From Lingula anatina (Eukaryota; Animalia; Brachiopoda): a stretch of 64,000 nucleotides of DNA. Both the position numbers and the translations under genes were made by a program. A model generated the notes under the pieces. It had not been told where the DNA came from. It made no database searches and worked only from the letters and a program-made list of their open reading frames with translations. Positions 40,063 to 54,500 of this stretch are shown piece by piece. The DNA is taken from assembly GCA_051362555.1 (NCBI GenBank), contig CM120641.1, forward strand, positions 17,174,001 to 17,238,000, written 5' to 3'. Position 1 is the first letter of the stretch; each line of letters opens with the position of its first letter.

Positions 40063-40728
40063 AATGAAACTGAGCATAAAACAAATGACAGCATATACTG
40101 TATGAGTATAGGCCATAAACAACGGGAGCTAAAATGAAAAATGAGTTATTGTTCGTTGCATCACATTATACATTAAAGCCAATATGGATTGTTTATTTTA
40201 AGGGTTCACGTACATGGGCTTGACATGCCTTCTCTTACAATTCCCTCACGTTGTAGGCCTAAAGAAACCAATTGCTGCCCAATGAATACATTGGCATAAA
40301 AAGCCCGTGCCACGAAAACAAGTGTTAAGTTTGTAGACTGCATCGATAACAAGTGAAATATGTATGTCATGCTGTCGGTGTCACCAGATGTTCTATTACC
40401 AGAAGTAAATATATCGCAAGCCCTTCTCTTGGATAAACTCGCTTAAACAAAAATGTTTCCATTCTGGACCCACCTGCTTGTACTTAGAGTACTACTGCGG
40501 CGTTTGTCTGGCTTTGCACTCCCCAATAATGCACACACCCCTGCGTAACACGGTCTTGTTTATGATCACTGCCTTCAACGAAAACAATTCACGCGTTACA
40601 AGGTTTGCAGCCCTGGAAAAAAGTTTGACTTTAGGAACAGTGGTTGGCTTAATAAATCCAGTGTTGTGAGATCAATAGCCTCTCGCACAACAGCCTCTCC
40701 GGCCAGGCAGACTGAGGTTGTGGTCCAG

Positions 40729-41005
40729 GGGGCTCTTTCACAAAACAACTAAAATCGAACATCTGTCTTTCAGCTAAAGCTACTAAGAATATTAGCCGAC
40801 TTAGTTGTGTTTCAAGACGAATATAAAACATACCACACCCCTAACAAATTTTGATGACAGTGCCCCATTGCATTTTAATTGTAGGTCAGTTGTTTGTAAA
40901 ATACCATGGAATTTCAACATCACAGTCGAGTTATTGTAGTCGGCTATCCGAGTTTACCAGTGTACGCTAAGCCCAAAAACTTCCAACATTTTATGAAACA
41001 GACCC
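40729..41005. mobile_element. Degraded Harbinger-like MITE with CAG target-site duplication
   Basis: Ends are GGGGCTCTTTCACAAAA and TTTTATGAAACAGACCC. Internal inverted pair TAGCCGACT / AGTCGGCTA. CAG on both sides. Confidence 0.5.
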
Positions 41006-44000
41006 CAGTAGACTAATTCAGCTGAGCCAACTGGATTCAGACTAAAGATCAATGAATGGTTAGACCAGATTATGTGTTTGGGCAAAGGTAACTGAATTCT
41101 CTAAGGTAACATTTGGCTTGGTGTGCCGGGTGAGTGGTCGCCACGGAGAATAAGTAATCGGATGAATGATTTATTATACGGACCAAACTCTAATTAATTG
41201 AAAGGATTTCCATTCTCAGGTATTCAATAAATGCTGGCAAACGAACCAGTTACTCTTAGTCTGCGTTACCCTTTCCGGTCTGTTAAGTTCAAGCTAGAGT
41301 AAATGTTGTGTCTATACTATTACTTAAATTCTGCTCCAACTGTCCGTCTGTTGTTACTCATGGAGAGAAAGAGAAAAATAAATGAAAAAATTAATAATCT
41401 TAGAAACAAAGGAACAGCTAGAAAACAAACAAACGATGAAACAAATAGGAATGTTCTGTCTGTAAAGGGGATTTCAGCTAGAGTCTCTTTTATCAACGGA
41501 AAGTGACACTCAAGATCAGCTATCCTCACCTACATTTGTACTCTGTAGTGCAAGTTGCTTTTAATAGTGCATCTATGCTTCTTTACGGATAACTTGCTGA
41601 ATGGAGGGTACGGATGCACTGTGACTATAGCAATTGGATACATTATGTCGAGTGTCTTCCACCCTTCGCTTCTCATTGTCTTTCCTACCTGTTCTCATCC
41701 ACGTTTAAACGTATTCGAACGAAACTCGTGTAATATACATATCAGTGACTAATATTTTACATATTCTCATTGAGCCGACTTTATAGAATTTATTTGACTT
41801 TATCCATGCTGTCCCTAACCTTCGTGCTTCAAGAGCATTAGTGCCTGCAAACCATAGGCTTTGTTGGGATCCAAATGTCACTTTTGACAAATGTTTTCAT
41901 TTTCGTTCTATCAATTGTATAATATTTACATGTGTTTTTTAAATACTAAACTCAGAAAGTCAATTAGCAGACAAAAAATACACTTGGAGACAATAGACTA
42001 CAAGATTTTCCTCAAAACGGACAGTCAAATATGGCTATCGGAATAAACGTTTTACTTTCAAGTGGATCTGTCCCACTTAGACAAACTAAACGTTGAATGT
42101 GATAGAGGATAATTAATGTACTGTCAAGTGACACTAATACCAAGTGAACATCCATGCGCAATTCCTGTCGCAGCTACAGCAGAGCTTCAATATTAGGTCA
42201 ATACTGAATTTTTTATATTTTAATCCAAATATTTTGGAAATAAAGCACTGCTTAATTCAACATACGCAGATTCCACACAAGGCGCAGACTTGAAAATCTG
42301 TGAGAGCATTTGTCCTTAGAAAAAAAGAGGGTCATGAATTGAAGAAGTTGGCAAAAAAAAAAAACTCAATGTAAAATATTCGTGGGGAATGGCTCGAACG
42401 TCAATATTTTTAAAAAATTCCTTTGAGGTTTACTTTCCGCATTCGAAATTGCCCCCAAAGTAATACTTTGTTGGTGCGCACATTCTGCAAAGCTACTTCT
42501 TTTTCCCAATTCACACCTTAAAAGCTGTTAAACCTCCTTAAAAGCTGTTGAATAAAAGTATGCAATATCGATATTTCTTTTTGAAATGTTAGGAAGACAT
42601 GGCACTCTAAATGTCTGACTGGCACTCAAATAGAACTTCACCTCTTAAGTGGCATTGTTATAAAAGAACGAACCCTAGTGCGGGGACGGGTTGAACAATG
42701 ATTTGTGAGTAGAAGAAAATTGCTCACTTTTTAGGAAAATGATTTAGTGAGAAAATCCCGTCGTATTATTCCTGTCAATATCTTCGTGCATCTTCTGCTT
42801 TCGTGATGAATGCCTATTTTTGTCTAGTGAGTCAACATTGGCGGAATTCGACGCAATTTTTCCATTCGGATTATTAGTGGCTAACCACCCATTTCTCCTT
42901 GATGAACTGAGCTACAGGTATTAGACATAAAATAGTGAGGATATTGCATAGTTCAAATAACGGTATTGATTTACGTGAGCCAGTGGATCTCCACTGTGTA
43001 CACTACACTGTTGACTACTTCCCTCTCTCCAAGACTCTCTGGAAGAACGTTATTTAGGTAAATCATTTGGTCAGTTCCAAAGTAACATAATCGTGTTATC
43101 TGAACGCAGCTCCGTTAAAAGGTTGTAAAACAATTATAGACAATAAGATAAATTGCGACTGAATCGTGCTCAAACTTGAATTTAACAGAACACTCTCGGT
43201 CGTTTGCTGCCATACAGTATTCCTAAGGAGATTGGCCATCGTGTCCCGCTTTTCATGATTACAACAACTATTTTCTGATAATATCACAACCGTGTACTTG
43301 TCATTCTTCATGAGGGTTTTAGGCTGTTGAACGACGTTTTTATCTTAACCAATAACTTTGAGAGATTGGAATGACAGAGGGGATATACGAGTAAGTCTGG
43401 CTAAATGCATATTTTATCATTGCCTTCACCCTTGGAAACAAACAATTTAATTTTTCATTTTGAAAACTTGATTTTTACCATATATCTATTAGTGCACAAA
43501 ATTATATGACGGGTGTTTTAATGGAAATTCTGTTTTCCACTTTATGTTCGCAAAAAATTGACACAAGATGACACGAGATGCAATGATACGACAGAAGAAA
43601 CATATTAAAAGCGACAACCTTTCCGAAGAAATAAACCAGATTTGTGTAAAATCTCATTGGCAAATAACGTCGCAGCATCACAATTATCGGCGTCGCATGA
43701 AAAGAATACACATTTCGACCTTACCCGAGTTTCAGATCGCTGACGATGACTTTCCACACGGTGACTTTCCACACGGCTGAGTAGAAAGGTGCTGTCGTCA
43801 TAGACATGGTCTTAGGATATACATACATTATATTTTTCTACCCAATTTTTTGTTAAATTCAACATCTAGAGAAATCAAGCTGAAACCAAAGCAACATGCT
43901 GCTTGTGCAATGAGGGAAGGATATTACCCTCATCCATTTACTCTTAAAACAAACTCTGAACACAAACGTGCCTAAACGCCATGTTATTGAGAAATGTCAT

Positions 44001-44782
44001 ATTATATTATATCATTATTGGTTTCATTATTATCATTATACATCATATTATCGTGTAGGCAATTGACAATATATATATACTGTGTATGCCTGCATTACAC
44101 CAAACCTAATTTAGAATCATTTTGACAAGAAATATTCTACGAAAAGGATTTCGATCGTTTATCGATGCCTTACGAAAAAGACCAAATTTAGTCTTAAAGC
44201 TTGTCATTTGCGTTCGTTTTGGTCGGCCGGGTAAAAAAAAAACCCGCGCCAATTTTTCTTCCAAGCATGATCTGTAATATCGATATTTTCGATAACTACA
44301 TCAAACCATGTTTAGAAATAAGTTAACCTTACATTAATTTAATAAGCCATTTGCATTGACATAAATCTAATTTCAACCACTTTTCCTCTAAGCAAACATA
44401 AGAAAGCTGTATTAGAACCTCATTAATTAGTTGCCATGGCTTCTGGGAAAATACCGCTTATCTGGTCGTGCACTGATGAGATATCTTTTTCCTTATTAAC
44501 GAGACAAAAGAACCTACACTGTCGTTTTTAACCAGACTCTGAGATGCACGATTATAATAATTGCTACAATAAAATCAACCTGATTTTGACGTTTCGGTTT
44601 TTTCTCGTCCAGAGACAAAACTACTTGACGTGTTTTGATTAGAACTATTCCGCTATTTTGTTTGTTTAACCGAGATGTGGAGTGCGGGGCTATGTCATGT
44701 TTGACCTTTTGAGGCACTATCTATATTTTTCTTAAAACATATTGGCATTACTACTTTTCCATTGGATTTATTCTAGTTTCGT

Positions 44783-44784
<2 letters not shown>

Positions 44785-44818
<34 letters not shown>
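44785..44818. repeat. (TG)n microsatellite
   Basis: Seen directly in the sequence. Confidence 0.9.
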
Positions 44819-44822
<4 letters not shown>

Positions 44823-46718
44823 AAAAACGAAAGACAATTGCAATTGCCAATATTGTAATGGTAACTTTAAGTTGCCCTCTAAGACTGAACTCTGGCAAAC
44901 TTGACTTTCAAGTATGAAATTCATCATTTAGAGTCTCTCTCTGAATAATTGGACTACTAAACAGTGATTCTGTTGACGATTACGTGAGACTGTTAACGTT
45001 ACTCCAAGTTAAAACTAAACAGGTAACTAATAGATAACGCCATCGGTTTTGCAAAGGAAAATCAGGTAGCCGAGCTGAGCCATATCTACCCTTCATAGAA
45101 GTATTCAAATCACGATATGTTACCATACAATATTGTTTGAGTCAGGACACGCAAATATCGCGTGTCAGCAAACAGAAAATATGATTAAAATTCTGTTTTC
45201 AATAGCAGTCTAAACATGCCTTAAAACTTATTACCTGCTGCACTGCTGATGACACAGGTTGCCTCCCCTTCTGCACTGTACGGCAACGCTGGTGTAACTG
45301 TTTACAAGCGATGCGGCTGTGTAGAGAGACCCAGCATTGATCTGGAGGAGACACTTGCTATCAACAGCAGCCACTTGTGGAGTCAAGCCATCTGGCAGTC
45401 TCCCATCGAGTCAAGGGTCACTTTGAGAGCTGAAACAAGGTTTGGGATTCATATTTAAGTCTGTGATAGTGTTGCAATTATCAAGAGGAATGCGTCTACG
45501 CCAATAAAATCCACGCTGTCTTGTTGGGTTTAATAAAATAGATCTATCACGCAAATCGTCGATTAACTACAAAACGCAATTGCAAGACAGCTGGAATCAG
45601 CATAGCAACGCGCTTATAAGAATATTTACCCACACACGTTAAGAGCTCTTTGTGTAGTTATTGAACACGAGCCTCTGGCCCGTGAACTTAAACCTCATCT
45701 CAGTTCTTCTCTCTTCCTTTTAATTAGGAATGGTAAATACGTTGATCCAAATTTGTCAATTTTAAATTTGTCTCTGTCATCCACGATTGCAAATTAACAA
45801 TATCAGCCAAAACTTCGTTTAATATCAATAAGTGAACCGTGTATTGAATAACGCAATAAAGATGTTATCATAATTGATTATAATACATTCTGCAATATAT
45901 GTAAGCCTCTGTAATTCAGTGTCAATTATACTGTGACATTTCAGTTACAGGCGCCTGGCGTTGTTACAAATGGAGATGTGTACAGTAAGCGACGTGTTAC
46001 AAGGGATGTCAAGTTGTAATCTTTTGAATCCCTTGCGGCATACTTAGGGGGACTTATGAAGTTCGCTACTACAGTCAAGGACGTCGAAGATTGACGTTCT
46101 TGCTACAGCAGAACACTTGTCTGCAGCTCATGAATGTAAAAACAAAGCATTTCGTAGATGTTTGAGTACCAAGACGACGAAACATTCACAAGGATGAATG
46201 AAAAAAATCACTTCATCAGCACGCACCTGTGGGTTTACAGAATTCTAAATGATCCATAAAGTTCTAGCCCTTTTAAGTAGATTAATGTTTAGTCACCTCA
46301 ACTGATATTGGATTTTACCAGTGCCATGCATCATAGTGATTCTTTATCTTTAATAATAGATAAATCATGAAGGTCTTTATGAAATTTGATTATGAAAAAC
46401 CATTAAGTGAAGTTCCAATGGGTGCTGGATTGATTTTTTGAATTAATGCGTGGGACTGCTAGCTGACAATACCAAAGCCTCGTCAAGTGCGTTCTTAAGA
46501 TAACTGTAATAAGCCCAAGCAGCCTTATTTTACATACTCCGTTTATGACTGAAGAGTTCAAAGCGTCCCACGTATGTGGAATTTTATTTCATATCATAAA
46601 CAGCCATAGATGGTGCAGTGCGCGTGTGTGCATGCTTGTGTGAGTGTGCGTAATAGAGCCTACTGGCAAATCGAATTCCAAACAAGCAGCTGTTATTTTT
46701 ATACTAGTACTTCCATTT

Positions 46719-47160
46719 AGCCATTGTGGCCTGACAGTGAAGATGGGCCGTTGCTCCTGCGTCCCTTTAGAGGATCGGACATGTACCTGTGGTACCGGTG
46801 AAATCCAAACAGTGCAACATGTTTTGTGTTTTTGCCCTATGGCAATCTGTTTACGCCGAGTATCCTGCATTAGATTTTTAGCTCGGCAGAAAATCTTTGG
46901 GGAGGCGGGACTACGCTCGGCGACGTGTGTCGTTAAATATATGCTGTAAACTGTTTATTTTCCTAATGCTAACATTGTGTTACCGTTTTATTAGCATGTT
47001 TTAGCATGTAGGCCATATTGACTCGACCGACTTGAGTCAACCAACTTAGGTAAAATTATGACTTTGTTTATGTTATGGTGATTGTATATATACTAAGTGT
47101 ATTTAGGGGTTTGTAAAAAATACTTTGTATTTTCTGCTCATAATAAATAATCTGTCTATC
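46719..47160 (+). mobile_element. 3' end of a non-LTR retrotransposon (LINE), truncated
   Basis: SHCGLTVKMGRCSCVPLEDRTCTCGTGEIQTVQHVLCFCP matches the LINE ORF2 C-terminal motif SHxLxIExGRWxxxPxExRxCxC...HVLxxCP. It is followed by an AT-rich 3'UTR, AATAAA at 47142 and a short TCTG/TCTA tail. Confidence 0.72.
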
Positions 47161-47412
47161 GTTCGTCTCAGGGAAGCATGTGCTACTGCTTTGCAGCATC
47201 CTACTCGCTCACAAATGTGTTTAATCGAGCGATTCATCTCATGTTATATACATTTGTTGGCTTTTGTCTATTTCATCTATCAAGCCAATCTCTGGCGTCC
47301 TTAATTCTACGAAAACATTTGGCTTAATCCAATCACGGTCTGATGTACACTATTTTTAAATATTGCTGGCATCAAACACCTTTTAATTATCCCATTTGAC
47401 TTTACTGTTTGA

Positions 47413-47506
47413 GTGCCAGACAATAAAGCTGATTACGATGACTGCGCCCTAGATCGAGAGATAGATCGATCGTGCTGGACCAATAACTTTTAATCTGAAC
47501 ACAGCC
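47413..47506. mobile_element. Right-arm remnant of the 23314 MITE family
   Basis: GTGCCAGACAAT...AGATCG...TCTGAACACAGCC followed by TAA. Confidence 0.65.
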
Positions 47507-50500
47507 TAATGTTAACATGAAAGGGTAATGGTTCTGTTTTCTGCATTATCAACATTATGTACTTACATAAACCCCCCCCCCCCTTTACACTGAGCTGACA
47601 CCTTTTAGTCCATTCTAGAAAGAAAATCGTGTCTCTGTGTAAATGCTCCTGCAACCCTTGCATGTGCATCCTTTGTCAATCAAATGTGGATTTTTCCTGT
47701 AGAACTACGAGCAATCTATGCGTCTAAAGAGCAACTTGTGTGCCCTGTGCAACCTACGGCGTCCAATGCGATGGTAGTCAATGCATATATAGACCTATTT
47801 TTTCATCAATTCTACCCCGAGGAGCCAATTAAGAACATCTCCAGAAAATAAATAATTAGCAAAGTACAGTAATAAAAGGTCTTCATGCACTGATAATCAG
47901 ATGGTAATTGTCATCCTCATAAGCAGGATAGGCAGGTCTGGAGAAGTTGCGAACCTAATCGGTCCGCCACAAACAGTAAACACAGAAGGTTTCAACGTGT
48001 TCACAACAAGTGAACTCTGCAAAAAATGCGACAAGAATTGCATCTTGATCGCGACCGAATATTTGTCATATTGTTATCTTCGAAAGTTGGTTGGATCAAG
48101 AAGTTAGAAACAAAAGGAGTTCGGGTTGGGAGGCTGGTGTGAGGCTACAAGCTGTTTCCATGTTTCCATGTTATGCATGTCTTCGGTCAACTGGTCGTTC
48201 AGCATAACTGTCGGTTGAACTACGAAAAAAATCTTCTTCATAATACCCCCTACACAAGCCACGAGATATTGTTTGTTAACCCCATTTCTAGCCCACACCT
48301 TGATCCAGACACCTTGACCCATATGTGTCGTCTATAACATTTTGACAAAGTATAGAATATGATATATATATATATATTGGCGGTTTATGTACATTTTTCT
48401 TAATTGTTAAGAGTAATATCAGACATGAAGATCTAGTTTTCTTAAAAAAATACAAATACTTAATAAGTTGCTAGAGTTATGCCTTCCATATGTATGTTAA
48501 AGAACACATACATGTACACATGTTAGCAAATAGCATAACGAGATAAACATGATAAATAATAATGCATTACAATAAAAGTACTCAATATTGTGAAGTGCAT
48601 GCCTAGAAAAATTGGTAGTCATGTGGACATGAGCCATAAAGGTGGGGTGAAATAAGAGTAAACAAATGAAACAGAAAACGGAAAGGGATCATGCCCAATG
48701 TCAAGAAACTGAGGATCCATTTAACAGCGTCCGACCTTCACTAATTCATACAGGTTAGGATAAGCGTGACGTAATTAGGCCAGTCTCGGAAAACAACTTT
48801 TGCTTACCTTATATATTCTGTCTATGATGAGCCCCTTGCAAATTTTTATAGTAGGATGATTATCAGTATATAAATAGATACTCGTACCGGGTATAATCAG
48901 TTTAAACTAGATAGCATTTCCGGCGTTCCAGAAAAGCGTTATTTTGAGGATTGTAAATTCAAGGAATCTGTGTTGCATTTTGTCTGCTCCCCTCAAACAT
49001 TCGTTTAAAACATTTATTTTAGCCATGTCTATTTACAAGACAACAGATACAATTTTACAGGCAGCTAGGCCAAACAAAGGGCAGTGTTGTAGTAAGTCTT
49101 AGAGAGTACTTAACTCTGTAATCTTTCACACGAGCTATGAGATCGTGACCTTCCATCTATGTCATTAGCTGGCAATCATTCATTTCCCAAGATAAAGCAC
49201 TAAGTTAACATTTAAAGTGCGTGAGTCAATATAAAAGTCAATCATAGGTTTCGAACCATAAAGAAAATGGGTTTAGGTTTATTTTTGTAAGAATTTCCCG
49301 TGCGTCTGAGTGCAGAGTCTACGATTTCACGCCATTTTATGTTCTTTTTTGTCGTTGGCGTATAAGAGTCTCTTGGGGTCTTTTGGACCGGGATTATGAT
49401 TTCCACTCCGCCGTCATGTTAGTCAAGCTGTGCGTTTAAACTGCCATTATTTTCTGTCGTACAATTTGTGGCCCATGGTGGCCAAGTGAACTATAGGTGA
49501 CCTTTTCTCTACCCTCCTCCCCCACCACTTAATTTTTGCTTGCCAATGAATGCCCGACAGGATTTGCAATAGCGTTGTTTCCGATTGCAAAATGCATGAG
49601 GATCACCAAAGCCGAATATTTTGGAAAAAGAAGATAATATTGTACTTAGACCCAATATATGGACCTAATATATGGATCCTAGCTGTTGTGAAGGGGCATC
49701 ATACAGTGAAGTCGTCTTTTTTAAGAACTATCCTCTTTTAAAAGTATTAATTTGTTGACTCTATGTAAAGCATAAACTTTTTAACGAGTTCAGTGTTGTT
49801 ATAACAAAATTAAGACACATTCCATTACATATTGTAGATACAAAATATATGAATGACGCGTGAAAACAATAAATGTTCATGTAACATGCATACGATGTTA
49901 AGACATTTTGTTGTGTTATGGAGTTAAAGGAGGGGTAAGGAATGCGTAGGCACTACGGTAACATTTAAAAGCAAATGATATGCAAAGCTTTTACATTTAC
50001 TCTTTCAATAGCATACAACAAACGAAAAAAAAATATTCTCCTGCGTTGACATGTAAACACAGTCCTGTTCGTGCTTTTCATATGTTAAAAGTGGGCAAAT
50101 TAATAAGGTGCTGAAACGTTAGAATCACATTAACAGAGCAAAAACATTGTAGTCATTTGATAAACAAAGACCCTGAGGATTTATACATTCTTGTAAGTAA
50201 CTCCATGGCTTGGCATAGCTGAATTTGCACCCACGTCGAACTCCTTGGGGGATAAAAGAGGAAATGTGAAGGAGGCCAATCATCCCCTGACTGAATTTTT
50301 TCTACGTGGCATGAAATGTTGCATTAACCACTATAAGTGATTGACGTAGACTTGTTTTTTTTTTAATACAAAATACTATGAGAGGCGGTATAGAATTTTT
50401 GAATGGTTTGTCACTATGAAAGCTTGTGCCCCATCCGCCTCCTGTGGCTTTAATGGGCCTTTTTGTGCTCAGTTTCCTCAAATACCCCTCTAAAATTGAA

Positions 50501-52705
50501 GATATGTATTCCTAGCACGCGTATAAATATAACGTCGGTAAGGGAAATGAAAAAGGAGAATATTAAAAGTTGACGGTAGCAATCATTGAAATCGCATATT
50601 TCTCAAACAAAGGGCCTCTTATAACGACCCTCTGATAATGGAGATCAGACGAATACAATATTGGGAATGTTCATGAAACATAGATGTGCATATAACAACG
50701 AAATCATTCTGTTGTTAAAACACCTCCATATACGTACGCCACCATAACGCATCCGCATACATCTTCATTTATGTAATGCCTTTGTGTCAACAAAACATTG
50801 TAAGGATTCCGAAGGATATTAAACACAGCAATATCATAATTAAACTGTATATGAACTTTGAGGTTGTAATAAAACGAGAAGACAAACGAGTATGGTTCCT
50901 TGGCGAGACCAATAGAGTACAATCAAATTTCCCATCTATTTCATCTTTGGTAAAGTCAAATTTTATCAAAAAGTTCTAAATGACAGCTACTGCATGGGAG
51001 CTGGTATTTAGGTAAGTATTCCACTGAACCAAGATACCGAAAGGGTAGTTATACACGTAGGTTTTCAATTCCAACTAGCGATGATGCCCAATTTCTTGGA
51101 AATAGTTGGGTAGTCATCAGAAGTTTTAACCTTAAAAGGTCACGCATACGTGTCAACATCATACATAAAAAACGCAAATGGTTTAAAAAGATGAACTTAC
51201 TACATTTTCACTAATACGCCACCTGTAGAAATATTCTACCTTTTCATAGTAAATCACACTCATCATTAATGTTGCCTTTCAGGATTAAAAATTGTATTAT
51301 ATCGTTCAATCGTTTTTATCACCAATTAAGCTAACATGTGGCATGTGTTAATGTTACGGATCCACTAGCCACATAGAAGTAACATCTGTGAATATTTTAA
51401 GAAGACAAAGCAACAAGCAATTGGAAGATTGCACGCCTTCTACATTGTGGTAGCTTAGCGTATCAACTAAGGCAATCGGCGCGTGTGTATCGCCCTCTGT
51501 ATACATGTATATGCCGTTATATTTATATACCTGTAACAGCAGTCTTGTCAAAGTCGTGGGCACTTTGAATTTACGTCAAGTATCTATAAATTATGTACAC
51601 AGATAAGAACATGGTTTTACTTTAAAAGAATTGCACCCCTGTCCCTATGTCAATACAACAAATGGAACATAAGAACCTTTATTTTACGGTCCGCTTTTGT
51701 ACTGAAGGCATTTGGCTTTTTTTAAAAGAAAACTCCTATCTTGCTAAATGAATGGGTAATTGTGTGAAACATAAAACCAACGGTGGCTAACGTGCATCAT
51801 CTAACACATAAAATTCAAATGTGATACTTCCCGATATTGTTATTAGCCAGTTGCTGCACGTCTAACTGTTACTAAAATAAGATTATTCTGAAATTCAAAT
51901 TCAAACGAAGGTAGTTTTGTAACAAATGGTTGAAATCAAAGCCAATCACCTTATACAGCCAATGTCAGTTATTATCCAGCTACCATGGACATTCTATCTT
52001 TACAAATTGTTGGAAATATTACAAATATCGAGCAACGTCCTGTAAGCCCTAGATAAAAGTTGATCAATTAAATGTTTAACGTATCAGAGCCCCTGACAAT
52101 CTAATGTGAGATGTGCATGTCTGTTTATTCCAGGTGTGTATGCAGCATCCTTTCAACTCGGAGCTCTGTTTTTACTGATTGTTACATCGAACTCGTCCAT
52201 GACGCGAACGGAAGGAGATAATGGCACCAATCGATCTCGCGGCAACACTCAAGAGAGTTCCCTTTTTATTCAGCACAACCAGTTCATTAACAGTGCAAAT
52301 GGAACATATCGTTTTGCCAAAATGGATCTTCCAAACTTAGATATAGGTTGATATAAAAGAAAAGTCGATTTTTTTCTGTTTATACAATCTTCTATTGTTA
52401 ATCTTTACTTGACGTTTGCTCGTCTGTCAGCAATGTGGACATATGAACTAGGTGAAGTATTTGTCTTGCTGACGCTTTGAAAGACTGCTCGATCTCTAGA
52501 TATCGAATTTATGAGACAGCTCACGGGATGGTTGTTTGAATAATTGAAACGTAAAACACAGATGGTTTATTCATATTCAATTTATTGTATTGCCAAGTTT
52601 TGCGTTGGTCCTTGTTCATCATAATACTGCTGCGTGAAGCATTGGGCACAGAACTGCGTAGAATCTTAGTGAGATATGATTTGACATAGAAATCAGAATG
52701 TAAAA

Positions 52706-52753
52706 ATGAAATTGGTGGCACCAATTTGGACTTTGCTTTCTTTGGTGTGTCTG
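52706..52753 (+). CDS. Polycystin-1-like (WSC + PKD repeats) protein, coding exon 1 (signal peptide)
   Basis: ATG at 52706 gives MKLVAPIWTLLSLVCL. Phase-0 donor CTG|GTAAGT. Joins in frame to the 19-nt exon. Confidence 0.75.
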
Positions 52754-53261
52754 GTAAGTAGCATTTTTTTCTAATTTGTCATAATGAAAAGTGTATAAAG
52801 GTTCAGGGCTAAACATTTCCCTTCTTGTTAAATTATCCGTGTTAACTCCATGTGTAATTAACAAGATGCAAAAAATGTATTGTTCCGGCCATTCCTATGC
52901 CATCTGTACGAACTGAAAGCAAAGAAAGCGTTGTTTGAATGACGTATTTTCACCATCATAACAATAGATATAGACAACTACATGTGTTTTATTATGAAAG
53001 ACTTATCTTATATTGCCGTGGATTGAAATAATTATTGTTTGACATGATGTAAGGAGGAAAATGCATGTTAATCCTAGCAGCTACCTCCAACATTTCTCGT
53101 CTATCTATCTGTTTTTTTTTAATTATAAGCCTATAAAAATAAACAGAATATTTAACTATTTGGATATCTGAGTAGCCGTTCATTTAAAACTCTCAATTGC
53201 TTTGATTTCAACAAATTTTATCAGACGGTTTGTTTTTGGAATGTTTTTTTATCTTTTGTAG

Positions 53262-53280
53262 GTGTGGCGCGCTGAGGCGG
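53262..53280 (+). CDS. Polycystin-1-like protein, exon 2 (19-nt micro-exon)
   Basis: atcttttgtag|GTGTGGCGCGCTGAGGCGG|gtaagt encodes VWRAEA plus G. Its phase 1 matches the next exon, giving D-SYLGCY. Confidence 0.8.
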
Positions 53281-53949
53281 GTAAGTAAGATAGTAAGACT
53301 GTGTCAGCAGATACTGTTAAGCATACTGCTAAAGATGCCTGAAAATTTATGGCTTATTTAGTAAACTTTTTTATTTTACTTGTTCCAATGTACGGCAGAT
53401 GTTATTCATTTATGTAGACATAGACGGGTGTACTTAAGTGTAGATAGATAGATAGATAGATAGATGCACTCTTACTTAAAGGCCTGAAATAGTTCAAACA
53501 CTTAAGGTTTGTTCCTCAGTTTCACTGAGAACAAAAAAAAAAAGAAAATGATGCTTGTATATCTGATACAGGCCTACTTACTTTTTAACAAATGTAGGAA
53601 ATGTCGCCAATTGAGTAGCACATTTGATATATTTTAAGTCAAATCCATAAACAAACACTTATAATTGCAATGAATGACTTACAATAAAGTGAAATTATAT
53701 ATATATATATACTTGACATTTAATATGGAATATTTTCCAAATCATTTTCATCAGTTTTTTTCCAATTTTTTGGACTGATAAATGAAAATATAGATTGAAA
53801 TTTAGTTTTAATAACTTTTAATAATCTGTTTGATGTCACGGTAATATCAGTTCTTTAATTGAATTCGCCAGTGAGGCAAACAAAAATACATTGCTGATTC
53901 TAAGTCATATTTTGAATATCCATATTTTCCAAGTATTCATCTGTAAAAG

Positions 53950-54500
53950 AGTAACATGCCCCACAAAGGACCCTCATGCCAGTGCCGTTAGTGCGTCTGA
54001 CCTCATCTGGGTGCTACAAAGCATTTTTTTGGGATAGGTTTTTAGAGTTTAATCTGGAATAACATTTCAGGCATCGGTCAAAACTTGTCCAATTTGGTTC
54101 AGTTTTGTTGTTGGACAAGTAGGCCCTTGGCTTGTAATGACCTACAAACAGATTGTCTCTGTGGTTGAAATCTGGCAATCTTGATGGCCAAGGTAGCTAG
54201 TCATGCCCTTGGCCCTGTAAGTTATCTGCGATTAAAAATGCTCTGTGTGAACCGGTATTTTCCTCGTGCAACCTAAAATTGTTTCTTATAGGTGCCCCTA
54301 TCATATAGTAGTCAAGTGGTTCCCAAATTATTTTTGCATTTGATGTGGTTCTGGTTTTCATCGATGACTACCACTGTCTTTTTGGCACCAATGTGATACC
54401 CACTCCAAATACGCTGTCAACGACCCTGGTCATTCTAGACGAGGCACACACTATAATCAGTCTGGCAATGGCTCACTTTTTCGCACCATTCTGGCACGGG
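53950..54500 (-). mobile_element. Tc1/mariner transposase remnant in intron 2 of the polycystin-like gene
   Basis: Minus-strand fragments VFGVGIT, VVIDENQN, LHEENTGSHRA (54271-54239, like QQDNAxPHxA) and WPSRLPDFNH (from 54190, like WPSxSPDLNPIE) occur in the expected order, with stops and frameshifts. Confidence 0.72.

Noticed and set aside
47880-48340. Coding-like composition with short ORFs on both strands
   Set aside because: No recognisable protein motif or splice structure; possibly an old TE fragment.
52106-52351. 81-aa ORF with a hydrophobic stretch as the polycystin signal peptide
   Set aside because: It ends in a stop with no suitable donor. The 52706 exon gives a complete in-frame signal peptide.
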